This document shows positions 18,426 to 26,620 of a stretch of DNA of 40,756 bases, in pieces; the stretch's first letter is position 1; every line of letters starts with the position of its first letter. Under the pieces are notes generated by a model. The model had not been told where the DNA came from, made no database searches, and saw only the letters and a program-made list of their open reading frames with translations. The stretch comes from a bacterium. Its GTDB lineage: Bacteria; Patescibacteriota; Minisyncoccia; Minisyncoccales; JAUYFS01. The stretch spans positions 1-40,756 of the forward strand of contig JAUYFS010000002.1 of assembly GCA_030689665.1 (NCBI GenBank), in the 5' to 3' direction. Both the position numbers and the translations under genes were made by a program.

Positions 18426-18505
18426 TGGATTGTGATTTTAATATTACTCTATAATTCCATATTTTCACTAAATTTTCAATAAGCGCAAACCTAATTTTAT
18501 TTAAC

Positions 18506-18644
18506 CTGCCGCAACATTGTTTGGCAACTCTCGGAGTCCTGCCAAGCTCGGTCCCGATAAAATCGGGGTGGCAGGACGAGAGCGTAGGCGGTCATCTGCC
18601 GCTGGAGCAGATGAATCGCCGGTGTCAAAACAATATTGCGGCAG
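18506..18644 (+). ncRNA. GC-rich three-way-junction structured element of unknown class, between the CcdA-like gene and ftsZ
   Basis: Closing stem: ctgccgcaacattgtttggca with tgtcaaaacaatattgcggcag. Arm 2: ctctcggagtcctgcc...ggcaggacgagag, with apical cccgat-aaa-atcggg. Arm 3: ggcggtcatctgc-cgctgga-gcagatgaatcgcc. Three G-U pairs are tolerated only in the plus-strand transcript, so I tentatively assign the plus strand. Confidence 0.45.
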
Positions 18645-18668
18645 AAAAATTATAAATCTTGTGTTAAT

Positions 18669-19814
18669 TTAAAAAATCTTCAGTAAAAAAGCAATGCCCA
18701 AAACCAAAAGCAAAAAACCTGAAATTAATCTCATTAAAGTATTTGTTTTTTCTTTCCATTGTTCAATTTTCTCAATTTTTGAGAAACCAAAAACAATTAA
18801 TCCAATAATAAAAAGAAGCGGCAAAATAAAGAATAAATTATATAAAATCAGGTAAAAATAGGGCGAAACCCCCTTTTCCGAAAGAATCGCCACAAAACCC
18901 AAGGGCAAAGCAAATGTGCAGGGCAATTCAACCAAAGAAGAAAAAAGCGCTAAAAAAATAACTGCCGGATAACTTGAAAGCGAAATTAATTTTTTAATGA
19001 CGAGATGGGCAAAATCAGGAATGGCAAAAGAAACTTTTTCTCCCGGTTTTTTGAAGAAAAAATCCCTAACCATCAAAGCGCCGAATAAAAACAAAACAAT
19101 GCCTAAAAATATTTTAATCGGAGCCACGAACGGCAAAAAATTATCTTGGAACAAACTTAATCCAAAATAAATTCCAAGCATTAAAATAAAATAAATCAGG
19201 AAAACGGAAAAACTGAATAAAAGTCCTGATTTTAGGGCTTTTCGCGGATAAGAAAAAGACAAAAGATAAGCCAAAAGTATCAATAAAACAGAAAACATGC
19301 AAGGATTTATGCCATCAGCAAGACCCACAATTACAGCCAAATTAACCAAAGAACCTTTGGGATTTATCTGGAATTCTTTACCTAAAAAAGTAACAGAATC
19401 AAGAGATGGCTTTGGCGATAAAGAATCGCCACCTTGCCCGGAAATCAAAGAATTTATGTAGTTTTCTATTTCTTTGCCGGTAGTATTGTTCCCTCTATAT
19501 CCAATAATATGGACGGAATCAATAAAAACAGCCGGCACAAAACCTCTGTCTTGCAAAGGAACATTGCTCGCCTCAAGGGTTTTTAAAAAATAGTCAGCGT
19601 TTTCTTTTTTGGAAATTTCAAATTCTTTTAATTCTATCTGAGAGTATTTTTGAGCTAAATTTTCCAGAAACGGCTTTTCCATTTTGCAGAATGAACACCT
19701 TTCGCTGTAGAAAAATTTTATTTCTATTTTATTTTCCACTGCTCCAACAAAACCGCTGGAAATAAAAAAAACTAGCAAAACCGCAAAAATCAATTTTAAA
19801 AATCTCCCTTTCAT
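18669..19814 (-). CDS. Thioredoxin-fold domain fused to a CcdA/DsbD-like transmembrane thiol-disulfide transporter
   Basis: 381 aa. Signal/TM segment, then CSFC (CxxC) in the soluble domain. The polytopic part carries GINPCMFSV and VELPCTFALP, the two PC motifs typical of CcdA/DsbD cores. Confidence 0.75.
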   Translation of the reverse strand: MKGRFLKLIFAVLLVFFISSGFVGAVENKIEIKFFYSERCSFCKMEKPFLENLAQKYSQIELKEFEISKKENADYFLKTLEASNVPLQDRGFVPAVFIDSVHIIGYRGNNTTGKEIENYINSLISGQGGDSLSPKPSLDSVTFLGKEFQINPKGSLVNLAVIVGLADGINPCMFSVLLILLAYLLSFSYPRKALKSGLLFSFSVFLIYFILMLGIYFGLSLFQDNFLPFVAPIKIFLGIVLFLFGALMVRDFFFKKPGEKVSFAIPDFAHLVIKKLISLSSYPAVIFLALFSSLVELPCTFALPLGFVAILSEKGVSPYFYLILYNLFFILPLLFIIGLIVFGFSKIEKIEQWKEKTNTLMRLISGFLLLVLGIAFLLKIF

Positions 19815-19836
19815 TTGTTTATTTTAGCACAAAAAA

Positions 19837-20322
19837 TCAGTTGATTGACAAAAGTTCCACCTCAAAAATTAGAGTTGCTTTTGGCGGAATATTGGCTTGA
19901 GGAATTCCCGTGTCCCCATAAGCCAAGTCAGAAGGAATAATTAATTTTCTTTTTTCTCCAATTTTCATTCCAACAACTCCCAAATCCCAGCCCTTTATAA
20001 CCTGTCCAATACCAAGCTTGAAAGAAAATGGCTGATTCCTGTCTAAGCTGGAATCAAATTTTGTTCCGTTTTCCAAGGTGCCAACATAATGAACCTGAAC
20101 CATATCGCCGTTTTGAGCAGAATTGCCCTGCCCTTCTTTTAGAGTTTCTATTTTAAATCCATTGGTTTCTTGAATCATATTATTTGAAGTGTTAATTATT
20201 TCACTTTCTTTGATGTCTTTATTGGAAAAATCTTTTATTAAAAAAAACCCGACAATAGCAACAGTTGGCAAAATAACAATTATTAAAATTATTTTTTCAA
20301 TTCCTAAATCTTCAAGGTCCAT
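19837..20322 (-). CDS. FKBP-type peptidyl-prolyl cis-trans isomerase, membrane-anchored
   Basis: 161 aa. N-terminal TM helix, then [60 protein letters not shown]. Confidence 0.88.
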   Translation of the reverse strand: MDLEDLGIEKIILIIVILPTVAIVGFFLIKDFSNKDIKESEIINTSNNMIQETNGFKIETLKEGQGNSAQNGDMVQVHYVGTLENGTKFDSSLDRNQPFSFKLGIGQVIKGWDLGVVGMKIGEKRKLIIPSDLAYGDTGIPQANIPPKATLIFEVELLSIN

Positions 20323-20392
20323 ATCTTAAAATTTAATTTTATTTAAATTTAACATTTTTTGAAGCATAAAAAAAGAACGGGTGGCTAGTCCG

Positions 20393-21322
20393 TCATTGCG
20401 CAGGAAAAAGAATGTTTTTAATTTCTTTCCCACTTGGTTCTTGAAACAAAGAAACAAAATGTGAAAAATATGGAGCCTTTGTCTTGCTAGGTTCAATACT
20501 CAAGACCTCCATTAAATTTTTTACAGTCGGATTCTTGAGTAAAACTTCAACAAAACATAAATCTTGGATTTCTGGTTCATCCTCCATTATTTTAATAAAA
20601 ATTTCTATTTCCGGATTGGCTTCAGAAATCTCATATTTACACCTAGACCCAAAAGAAGGAAAATGTTTTTTGAATTTTAAAATGGTTTTTATTAAATCAA
20701 TCTCTCTATCACCTTTTCGAACTCTCATAACCATATCAAAAAATTCTATGTCCAAGTCGTGAAAATCATACAGCCCTTCCATTATTTTCAGTAACAATTC
20801 ATCTGTTCTGTCTGGAGATAATATTTCCATGTCTCGACCATGCCTGTTCAGAACTAAATCAAAGTTTGCTTCAAAAGTGTCAAAAAATATTTCCTTGGCT
20901 TTTTTATAAAAAGCAGGATAATTAAGATTCTTGAGTTCTTTTAGTTCTTTTATAATCTTTTTGGGCTCTCGCTCTTCCGGGTCAAAAATTTTGCCCAAAA
21001 TTAGTCCCCATACTCGCCTTGCTTCTTCTTTGTGGCATGGAATGTGTGCAAATAACCCGTGCTTTTTCAGAGGCGCAAGAGTTAACTGCTGGTCAAGTTT
21101 CCCCTCTACAAAAAGCTCAAGAGCTTCAATCCTTTTAAAGGGACAATTTTTGATTATTTCACACAGTTCCCTTATTTTGAAACCGCGTTTTGTCCCGCCA
21201 TTACAAACAAGCATTTCTTCGCCATTTGCATTAAACATTGCAAATGCTTCATCGGCAAATTCTGGCTTTTTCATCAGTTCAATCAGCTCATCATTCATCA
21301 TTTCAGTACTAATCTTAGTCAT
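20393..21322 (-). CDS. Hypothetical protein (309 aa), no recognisable domain
   Basis: Long ORF. AAGGAGG lies 9 nt upstream of the ATG at 21322 (MTKISTEMMNDE...). The tracked start at 21412 would overlap the divergent HD gene start. Confidence 0.6.
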   Translation of the reverse strand: MTKISTEMMNDELIELMKKPEFADEAFAMFNANGEEMLVCNGGTKRGFKIRELCEIIKNCPFKRIEALELFVEGKLDQQLTLAPLKKHGLFAHIPCHKEEARRVWGLILGKIFDPEEREPKKIIKELKELKNLNYPAFYKKAKEIFFDTFEANFDLVLNRHGRDMEILSPDRTDELLLKIMEGLYDFHDLDIEFFDMVMRVRKGDREIDLIKTILKFKKHFPSFGSRCKYEISEANPEIEIFIKIMEDEPEIQDLCFVEVLLKNPTVKNLMEVLSIEPSKTKAPYFSHFVSLFQEPSGKEIKNILFPAQ

Positions 21323-21393
21323 TGTCAACATCCTCCTTGTAATTGATTTTGTATGTTTTATAATAAATAAAATAATTGAGAAAGTCAATAAAA

Positions 21394-22019
21394 TGGAATC
21401 GGAAAAAATCAAAAAAATCGTTAATTTTGTCTTTGAATTAGGGCATCTAAAAAAAGAAGGGCGCAGCGGGTTTAAATATGTAGGGGTTAAAAATCCAGAT
21501 ACTCTTGCGGAACATTCTTTAAGAGCTGCTCAAATCGGTTATATTTTGGCTGAAATGGAAAAAGAATTAAACCCAAAAGAAACGATAAATCCAGAAAGAG
21601 TTGCCACAATGCTGGTTGTCCATGATAATGGAGAAATTAGAATTGGCGATTTTAACAAATTAACCGGCAGTTATCTTAAAAACCATAAGGAAGCAGAACA
21701 AAAATCTTTTTCAGACCAAATTGAAAATCTCGGCGGAAAAATAAAAGAAAAATGGGCAAAGTATTTTGAAGAAATTGAGGGCAGGAAAACAAAAGAAGGA
21801 ATTATCGCCAAAGACGCGGATTTATTGGAAGTTGCCTTTCAGGCGAAAGAATATTTTGATTTGGGCTATAAAGACACTGAACTCTGGTTTATAAATGTTG
21901 GAAACGAGGTTCAAACCGAATCAGCAAAAAAACTTTTTGAAACTATGAAAGAAACAAAATTTTCTGAATGGTGGCAAGAATTTGATTTTTACAAAAAATA
22001 TCTAGACAAAATTAAATAA
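21394..22019 (+). CDS. HD-domain phosphohydrolase (YfbR-like 5'-nucleotidase type)
   Basis: Starts MESEKIKKIVNFVFELGHLKKEGRSGF. Contains ...LAEHSLRAAQIGYILA...VVHDNGEIRIGD (H...HD...D pattern). The tracked 362-aa ORF from 20931 is an artefactual upstream extension antisense to the neighbouring gene. Confidence 0.8.
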
Positions 22020-22031
22020 AATCAAAACAGT

Positions 22032-22048
22032 CCCGATAAATATCGGGG
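22032..22048. terminator. Short hairpin between the convergent HD and ABC genes
   Basis: cccgat-aaat-atcgggg. The same tcccgataaa(t)atcgggg motif occurs inside the structured element at 18550..18567. There is no strong U-tract. Confidence 0.4.
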
Positions 22049-22057
22049 CGGATTTGG

Positions 22058-23824
22058 TTAAACCTCTTTTTCGTGAATTTGGGACTTGATATTTGGCGGA
22101 AATTGCAAAGAATAAAATTCAAAAAAAGCGCCTTTCTTTTCCAAAAGTTCTTCATGGGTTCCCTCTTCAATAATTCTGCCCTTTTTTAAAACCAAAATTT
22201 TATCCACCAAACGAATAGTGCTCAAACGATGGGCAATTATAAAAGTTGTTCTGTTTTTCATAAGTTTTTCCAGGGCTTTTTGGACGAGTTTTTCCGTTTT
22301 TGAATCCAAAGAAGAAGTCGCCTCGTCTAAAATCAAAATTTTGGGATTTCTGATAACTGCTCTGGCAATGGCTATCCTTTGCCTTTGACCTGCTGAAAGT
22401 TTAATTCCCCGCTCTCCAACCATTTGTTCATATTTATTGGGAAACCTTTCAATAAAATCATGGGCATTGGCGATTTTTGCCGCCTCAACAACTTCTTGAT
22501 CCGTGGCTTTTTGATTGCCAAATTTTATATTGTCTTTTATTGTTTCATTGAAAAGGATAATTTCCTGCGGCACATAAGCGATATTGTCCCTTAAAAATTT
22601 GAGATTTAATTTTCTGGCGTCAATTCCGTCAATTAAAATTTTGCCTCTTTGTGGCTTGAAGTAAAGAGAAATTAAATCAACCAAGGTGGTTTTCCCCTCG
22701 CCGCTGCCCCCAACCAAAGCTATTTTTTGGCCCGGCAAAACAGAAAGATTTATATTTTCCAAAGCCCAAGGTTTTTCTTTGTACTTAAAATATATGTTTT
22801 TAAACTGAATTTTCCCTTTTAGGTTTTTTATGATTTTTCCCTTTCCGTTATAATCCTCGGTCTGTTCTTCCATAAGATTCTCTACTCTTTTTATTGTTGC
22901 CATTCCATTTTTAAAATTCTGCCAAGACCAGCCTATCATCCGCAAAGGATTTGACGCCAAATTCAAGTAACCAAAGAACATTATGAATTTTCCCACTGAA
23001 ATTGATTGGCTCACTAAAAGAAAAACCGCGGCCACAAACAAAATAAAAAAGCCGGTGGAATAAAAAATCTGTTGTTGTAAAAGCAAAGAATTCCATAAAG
23101 ACGAGAATCTTTTAAAAATAGAGTCTAGCCTTACCTTATAATCTGCTTTAATCCTTTTTTCCTGGTAGTCCTCAGCGGCCGATGATTTAATGGTTTGCAC
23201 ATTGAAAATAGCGTCATAAAGATTGCCTCCAACATCTTCGAAGGCAGCGCTTAAATTTCTCTGGGCAACGATTATATGCTCTGTTTTGCTAATTGTGATT
23301 ATGGCATAGCCGACAAAAATTATTGAAACCCCAATAGCTAATCGCCATTCTATGAAAAAAAGAAATAAAATTCCCAAAACAGCTGTCAAAATTTGCGGAA
23401 GAGACCAAAACAAATTTTGGTCTACAAACCCGTGAAGACGGTCAGCCGCTCTTTCTATTTTAGTTATTATTTCGCCGATTTTTTTCTCTCTGTGAAAACT
23501 CAATGGCAAACGCATTAAATGAAAAGAAACCCTGCAAATTAAATCAGTATAAAGGTCTATCGCCAAAAAACTTCCCCTTCTGTTTACTAAATTGGAAAAC
23601 ACTGAGTTTGAAATATTTATCAAAAACCAAATTCCAAGCAAAGATAAAATTAGATTTGTCGCGGTAGGCTGTGTTTGCGCGACATCAATCAGTTTGCCGT
23701 AAATAAAAGGAATTAAGGCTAAAATAATTGAACTGAAAATAGCAAAAAACGAGACTTTGTAAAACTCTTTTTTATATTTTGAAATATAGCTCCAAAAAAT
23801 TTTAAATTCTTTGCTAAGTTTCAT
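22058..23824 (-). CDS. ABC transporter, fused permease/ATP-binding subunit (exporter type)
   Basis: 588 aa. Six-TM N-terminal half, Walker A GGSGEGKTT, signature LSAGQRQR, Walker B ILILDEATS. Confidence 0.9.
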   Translation of the reverse strand: MKLSKEFKIFWSYISKYKKEFYKVSFFAIFSSIILALIPFIYGKLIDVAQTQPTATNLILSLLGIWFLINISNSVFSNLVNRRGSFLAIDLYTDLICRVSFHLMRLPLSFHREKKIGEIITKIERAADRLHGFVDQNLFWSLPQILTAVLGILFLFFIEWRLAIGVSIIFVGYAIITISKTEHIIVAQRNLSAAFEDVGGNLYDAIFNVQTIKSSAAEDYQEKRIKADYKVRLDSIFKRFSSLWNSLLLQQQIFYSTGFFILFVAAVFLLVSQSISVGKFIMFFGYLNLASNPLRMIGWSWQNFKNGMATIKRVENLMEEQTEDYNGKGKIIKNLKGKIQFKNIYFKYKEKPWALENINLSVLPGQKIALVGGSGEGKTTLVDLISLYFKPQRGKILIDGIDARKLNLKFLRDNIAYVPQEIILFNETIKDNIKFGNQKATDQEVVEAAKIANAHDFIERFPNKYEQMVGERGIKLSAGQRQRIAIARAVIRNPKILILDEATSSLDSKTEKLVQKALEKLMKNRTTFIIAHRLSTIRLVDKILVLKKGRIIEEGTHEELLEKKGAFFEFYSLQFPPNIKSQIHEKEV

Positions 23825-23919
23825 AAAATTTATTGTTTAAAAAATAATTTGGCAGAGGCCGGGCCTCCCCCAAACTTTTAATACCATTTCTACTTGAAAA
23901 AATCAAATTTAAATTCAGT

Positions 23920-23944
23920 AAAAGCGGGGTCTAACCCCGCTTTT
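23920..23944. terminator. Bidirectional terminator-like hairpin
   Basis: aaaagcgggg-tctaa-ccccgctttt: a 10-bp stem whose A/T runs are part of the arms. Confidence 0.5.
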
Positions 23945-23994
23945 ACCACTTTCATAATCCCACCCTTAAATTACTTATAATTTTGTCAGTCCTC

Positions 23995-24022
23995 TTGACA
24001 ACATACAACCGGTTGCTATAAT
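23995..24022 (+). promoter_or_regulatory. Consensus sigma70-type promoter on the plus strand
   Basis: TTGACA (23995..24000), a 16-nt spacer, then TATAAT (24017..24022). Both hexamers are perfect. Confidence 0.5.
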
Positions 24023-24028
24023 TAAAAT

Positions 24029-24088
24029 AGAATACACATTGAAAAACACCTCTTAGGGTTCCGTTCTTAAGCGGTGTTTTTCTTTTTA
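24029..24088 (+). ncRNA. Candidate ~60-nt transcript (consensus promoter followed directly by a terminator)
   Basis: Hairpin AAAAACACCTCTTA-GGGTTCCGTTCT-TAAGCGGTGTTTTT pairs at 13 of 14 positions and is followed by TCTTTTT. It contains no ATG-initiated ORF. The hairpin also overlaps the stop of the minus-strand NYN remnant and could equally serve as that gene's terminator. Confidence 0.35.
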
Positions 24089-24285
24089 TACTCTAGTTTA
24101 TTCCTAAGATTATTCATAAACACAATTTTTTCTTTAGCAACTTTTCTTAACAAAGATGAACAAGTGTCAACATAGGGGCTCATTACAATTTTTAATCTGT
24201 TTTTTTCATACAAAAATTTAACTAGAGAATAAAAATCGCCATCGCTCGTTATAATAACCGCTTTTGTTAAAAATAACCGCTTTTG
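24067..24285 (-). pseudogene. Remnant of a second NYN/LabA-like gene (C-terminal half only, no start codon)
   Basis: Minus-frame translation gives ...TKAVIITSDGDFYSLVKFLYEKNRLKIVMSPYVDTCSSLLRKVAKEKIVFMNNLRNKLEYKKKNTA*. The (S/T)xDGDF segment plus downstream pattern is typical of NYN/LabA C-terminal halves. The frame opens straight after a TAG with no Met. A 19-bp tandem duplication (24254..24272 and 24273..24291) lies at the break. Confidence 0.5.
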
Positions 24286-24307
24286 CTAAAAAAACGCGAC
24301 CCGCCAC

Positions 24308-24643
24308 TTAATCTTTAATTTTGTCATGCTTCTTTTCATTTTGTTTCTCCTTGTGCTTCTTCAAAAGCGCCTGAAGTTCATCTTTTACCGTATTAATTGC
24401 TTTGTAAATATTCTCTTCTCGCGCTTCGGATCGAATAATTTCCCTTGGAACTTTAATGTTTGCTTCCGCATAATAAATTTTTCCTTTTTGGTGATGGCGG
24501 TTTTCAATCGCCACTTCAACAAAAGCCTCCACCGGAGTACCAATGTGAAGGATGAATTTATCTAGAGTACCAATTTTTTCCTCAATTGCCTTTTTTATTT
24601 CCGGAGTCAAATTTAAATTTGTCGCTTTGATAGTGATTTTCAT
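24308..24643 (-). CDS. hpf: Ribosome hibernation-promoting factor / RaiA family (short form)
   Basis: 111 aa. MKITIKATNLNLTPEIKKAIEEKIGTLDKF...AEANIKVP is the typical S30AE/HPF fold sequence. Confidence 0.88.
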   Translation of the reverse strand: MKITIKATNLNLTPEIKKAIEEKIGTLDKFILHIGTPVEAFVEVAIENRHHQKGKIYYAEANIKVPREIIRSEAREENIYKAINTVKDELQALLKKHKEKQNEKKHDKIKD

Positions 24644-24722
24644 TTTTTAAATTTTTTATTAATTTTTTCTTCAACTTCGCCTCGCCCGTGGTCGGGCTAC
24701 GGCCAAGGGGCCTAATTTTTGA

Positions 24723-25175
24723 TTATTTTTTATATTTCTCAAATTTTTCTATTACCTTGCCTATGTCTCTTTTAATACCCTGCCAATCCCATCCTTTTTT
24801 ATTATCTTTTTCAATTTTTATTCTCCAACGGCTCAGATGAGCCAATTGTTTATCCGCTTTATTTTTTGCCTCCTTAAGTAATTCGGTTATAGGTGGTCTT
24901 TCATTTTTCCAATTTATAGTATCTGGTAAAAAATCTTGTGCCACTAAATCATTCAGGTATTTTTCATCTTTATCATTATAAAAAAATTCTATTAATATTC
25001 TATTATGAGTCGCTAGTGATTCTAATAATAAATTCTTTTCAAATCGTGTTTTTTGACACAAGTCGAGTTGTTTACAAGTTTCTTGGAACATACTAATTTC
25101 GTATCTTAAAAGTTCTTCCAACTCTTTTTGGTTTGCATCTATTAATTCGTTATGATTCCAGTAATTATCTTCCAT
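24723..25175 (-). CDS. Hypothetical protein (150 aa)
   Basis: ATG start, probably helical. I assign no family. Segments ATHNRILIEFF and KQLAHLSRWR are noted, but I cannot place them in a known motif. Confidence 0.55.
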   Translation of the reverse strand: MEDNYWNHNELIDANQKELEELLRYEISMFQETCKQLDLCQKTRFEKNLLLESLATHNRILIEFFYNDKDEKYLNDLVAQDFLPDTINWKNERPPITELLKEAKNKADKQLAHLSRWRIKIEKDNKKGWDWQGIKRDIGKVIEKFEKYKK

Positions 25176-25266
25176 AATTTTAATTCCGAAAGAATCAAGG
25201 TTTCCGCCCGGAGCGGAGTTCTTATTTTTTACCCCGTACCGTGTTTTGCTCTGGTGCGGGGCTCAA

Positions 25267-25560
25267 TTAATTCCTTTGCCCGGTAGTAGAGCCGCCGAAG
25301 GCGGCTCTACTACCGGGGTTCGACTTTTTCTTTGGTTGAGATTCTAATATCTTTTCCATGGGACAAAATCCCTTTAAACTTTTGTGGGAAAAATAATTCC
25401 AGGTATCGTTAGCAATTTCAAGTATCCGATTTAATTCTTCAATGCCTTGTCCTCTATCAAAAATTGAAACAACCCTCATTAAATCGTCACTATCCTTTTC
25501 ATGGTAAATAATATCTTTTATGTGTTCTATCGTGAAAGGACTATTGATTTCTTTCAACAT
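25267..25560 (-). CDS. Hypothetical small protein (97 aa as tracked); its C-terminal tail is encoded by a GC-rich palindrome
   Basis: ATG start 27 nt downstream of the TPR gene stop. The last 17 residues (PGSRAAFGGSTTGQRN) are translated from the palindrome at 25279..25317. Confidence 0.5.
   Translation of the reverse strand: MLKEINSPFTIEHIKDIIYHEKDSDDLMRVVSIFDRGQGIEELNRILEIANDTWNYFSHKSLKGFCPMEKILESQPKKKSNPGSRAAFGGSTTGQRN
25279..25317. repeat. Perfect 18-bp-stem GC-rich palindrome
   Basis: cccggtagtagagccgcc-gaa-ggcggctctactaccggg. It is a GC-rich island in AT-rich surroundings. Confidence 0.85.
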
Positions 25561-25587
25561 TTTTGAAAGTTCTTTTGCTATTTCATT

Positions 25588-26307
25588 TCATTTTTTCAAG
25601 ATTTCTTTTATTCTTAATGAAGTATTTTTGTTTTTAGCATCAATAATTTTTCTTTCATCTTCATCGCTTATAATCGATGCCAAGAGTCCATTTAAGCGCG
25701 CTTCTTCTTTTATCTCTTCTGCTTCATCTCGCATCAGAGGTTTTTTAAAAGAATAATTCTCCAAAATAGAAATTCTAAACGCTTGCTGTGTTTTAGGATT
25801 TAACTTTTCTTTCTTCATCTTTTGCAACTCGCTGGCAGAGTATTTTAAATATTCTTTTTTCGTTCCTTTCGCTACCTTAAGGTTGTATAAAACAAAAGTA
25901 TCCTTTGGCGCTAAAGCCCTGCCGCGCTCCAGCCATTCCATTCCTTCCTTAAAATCAAAATAATGAAAATAGCTCATGGCTAAATCTATATATGCCAAGG
26001 GATTCATTAAGTCTAAACTTATCGCCTCTCTTAAGTCATTTCTCCCTTCCCCTAATTGGCCTAACATCACTTTAACCCAGCCTAAACTTCTTAAATTTTC
26101 TGCGTGACGAGGCAACAACTGATTAGCTTTCTCAAGCGCCTTTTTTGCTAAAAAAAATCTTCCGCATTTCATTCTGGCAATACCTAAAAGATAGTGTAAA
26201 TAAGGATCTTCAAGCGCTTCCTTTAAAACATCTTTTATGATACTAACCGCTAAGGATGATTTTCCTTTCTGTATCAAATCATTTGCCTTTTTAATTTTTT
26301 CGTCCAT
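25588..26307 (-). CDS. TPR-repeat protein (239 aa)
   Basis: The N-terminal two thirds show tandem 34-aa TPR-like repeats (LHYLLGIARMKCGRFFLAKKALEKANQLLP, ENLRSLGWVKVMLGQLGEGRNDLREAISLD, LAYIDLAMSYFHYFDFKEGMEWLERGRALAP). The charged C-terminal tail is unassigned. Confidence 0.75.
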   Translation of the reverse strand: MDEKIKKANDLIQKGKSSLAVSIIKDVLKEALEDPYLHYLLGIARMKCGRFFLAKKALEKANQLLPRHAENLRSLGWVKVMLGQLGEGRNDLREAISLDLMNPLAYIDLAMSYFHYFDFKEGMEWLERGRALAPKDTFVLYNLKVAKGTKKEYLKYSASELQKMKKEKLNPKTQQAFRISILENYSFKKPLMRDEAEEIKEEARLNGLLASIISDEDERKIIDAKNKNTSLRIKEILKK

Positions 26308-26359
26308 ATTTTTTTAATTATGACATGCGTTTCAGTTACCTGGCTTAGTATGTGTTGGC

Positions 26360-26506
26360 TGCGGGACTAGGCCACCTTCGCCAAGGCTACGGCGAGCCAA
26401 GGGATTCGAAGGTGTTGCCCTTGTCCGCCTCCATTTTTACAAATTTCGGCGGGATAAAGCGTATTTTGCTTCGCAAAATACGGGGGCTAGGTTCTCGCCA
26501 CAGTCC
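26360..26506. repeat. Direct repeat copy A (147 bp), downstream of the NYN gene and upstream of the TPR gene
   Basis: Identical to 27367..27514 except for two substitutions and a 1-nt indel, all within gttgcccttgtcc versus gttactctttgtcc. GC-rich, with several internal helices. Confidence 0.92.
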
Positions 26507-26620
26507 GCTAATAATTGAAATCGCAATACCCCTCGCGGGTATTAAGATTTCAATGTTGAAAATCTTAAACAATATTAGAACAGCAATCCAGCAACAAAAT
26601 GAACATATATTGAGCGCTAA

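Noticed and set aside
3705-18435. Numerous plus-strand ORFs of 60-180 aa antisense to rpoC, rpoB, gyrA, ftsZ and other genes (for example 4113..4550, 9558..9884, 11257..11634, 17902..18435)
   Set aside because: All are Ser/Phe/Leu/Ile-rich, low-complexity translations of the antisense strand of strongly supported genes, as expected in an AT-rich genome.
18506-18644. Possible SRP (4.5S) RNA, 6S RNA or guanidine/ykkC-type riboswitch
   Set aside because: I could not find the conserved SRP domain IV sequence. The element is too short and too branched for 6S RNA. Only a loose GGAC.CCGAGAG resemblance to ykkC exists, on the minus strand, without the rest of that consensus. It is left as unclassified.
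20931-21393. N-terminal 154 codons of the tracked 362-aa plus-strand ORF
   Set aside because: This part is entirely antisense to the 309-aa minus-strand gene and is low-complexity, Ser-rich sequence. The HD-domain homology begins only at the internal Met at 21394.
23880-23945. 21-codon minus-strand ORF MKVVKAGLDPAFTEFKFDFFK with an SD-like GGGTGGG upstream
   Set aside because: The ORF is largely encoded by the terminator-like hairpin at 23920..23944, so it is most likely fortuitous.
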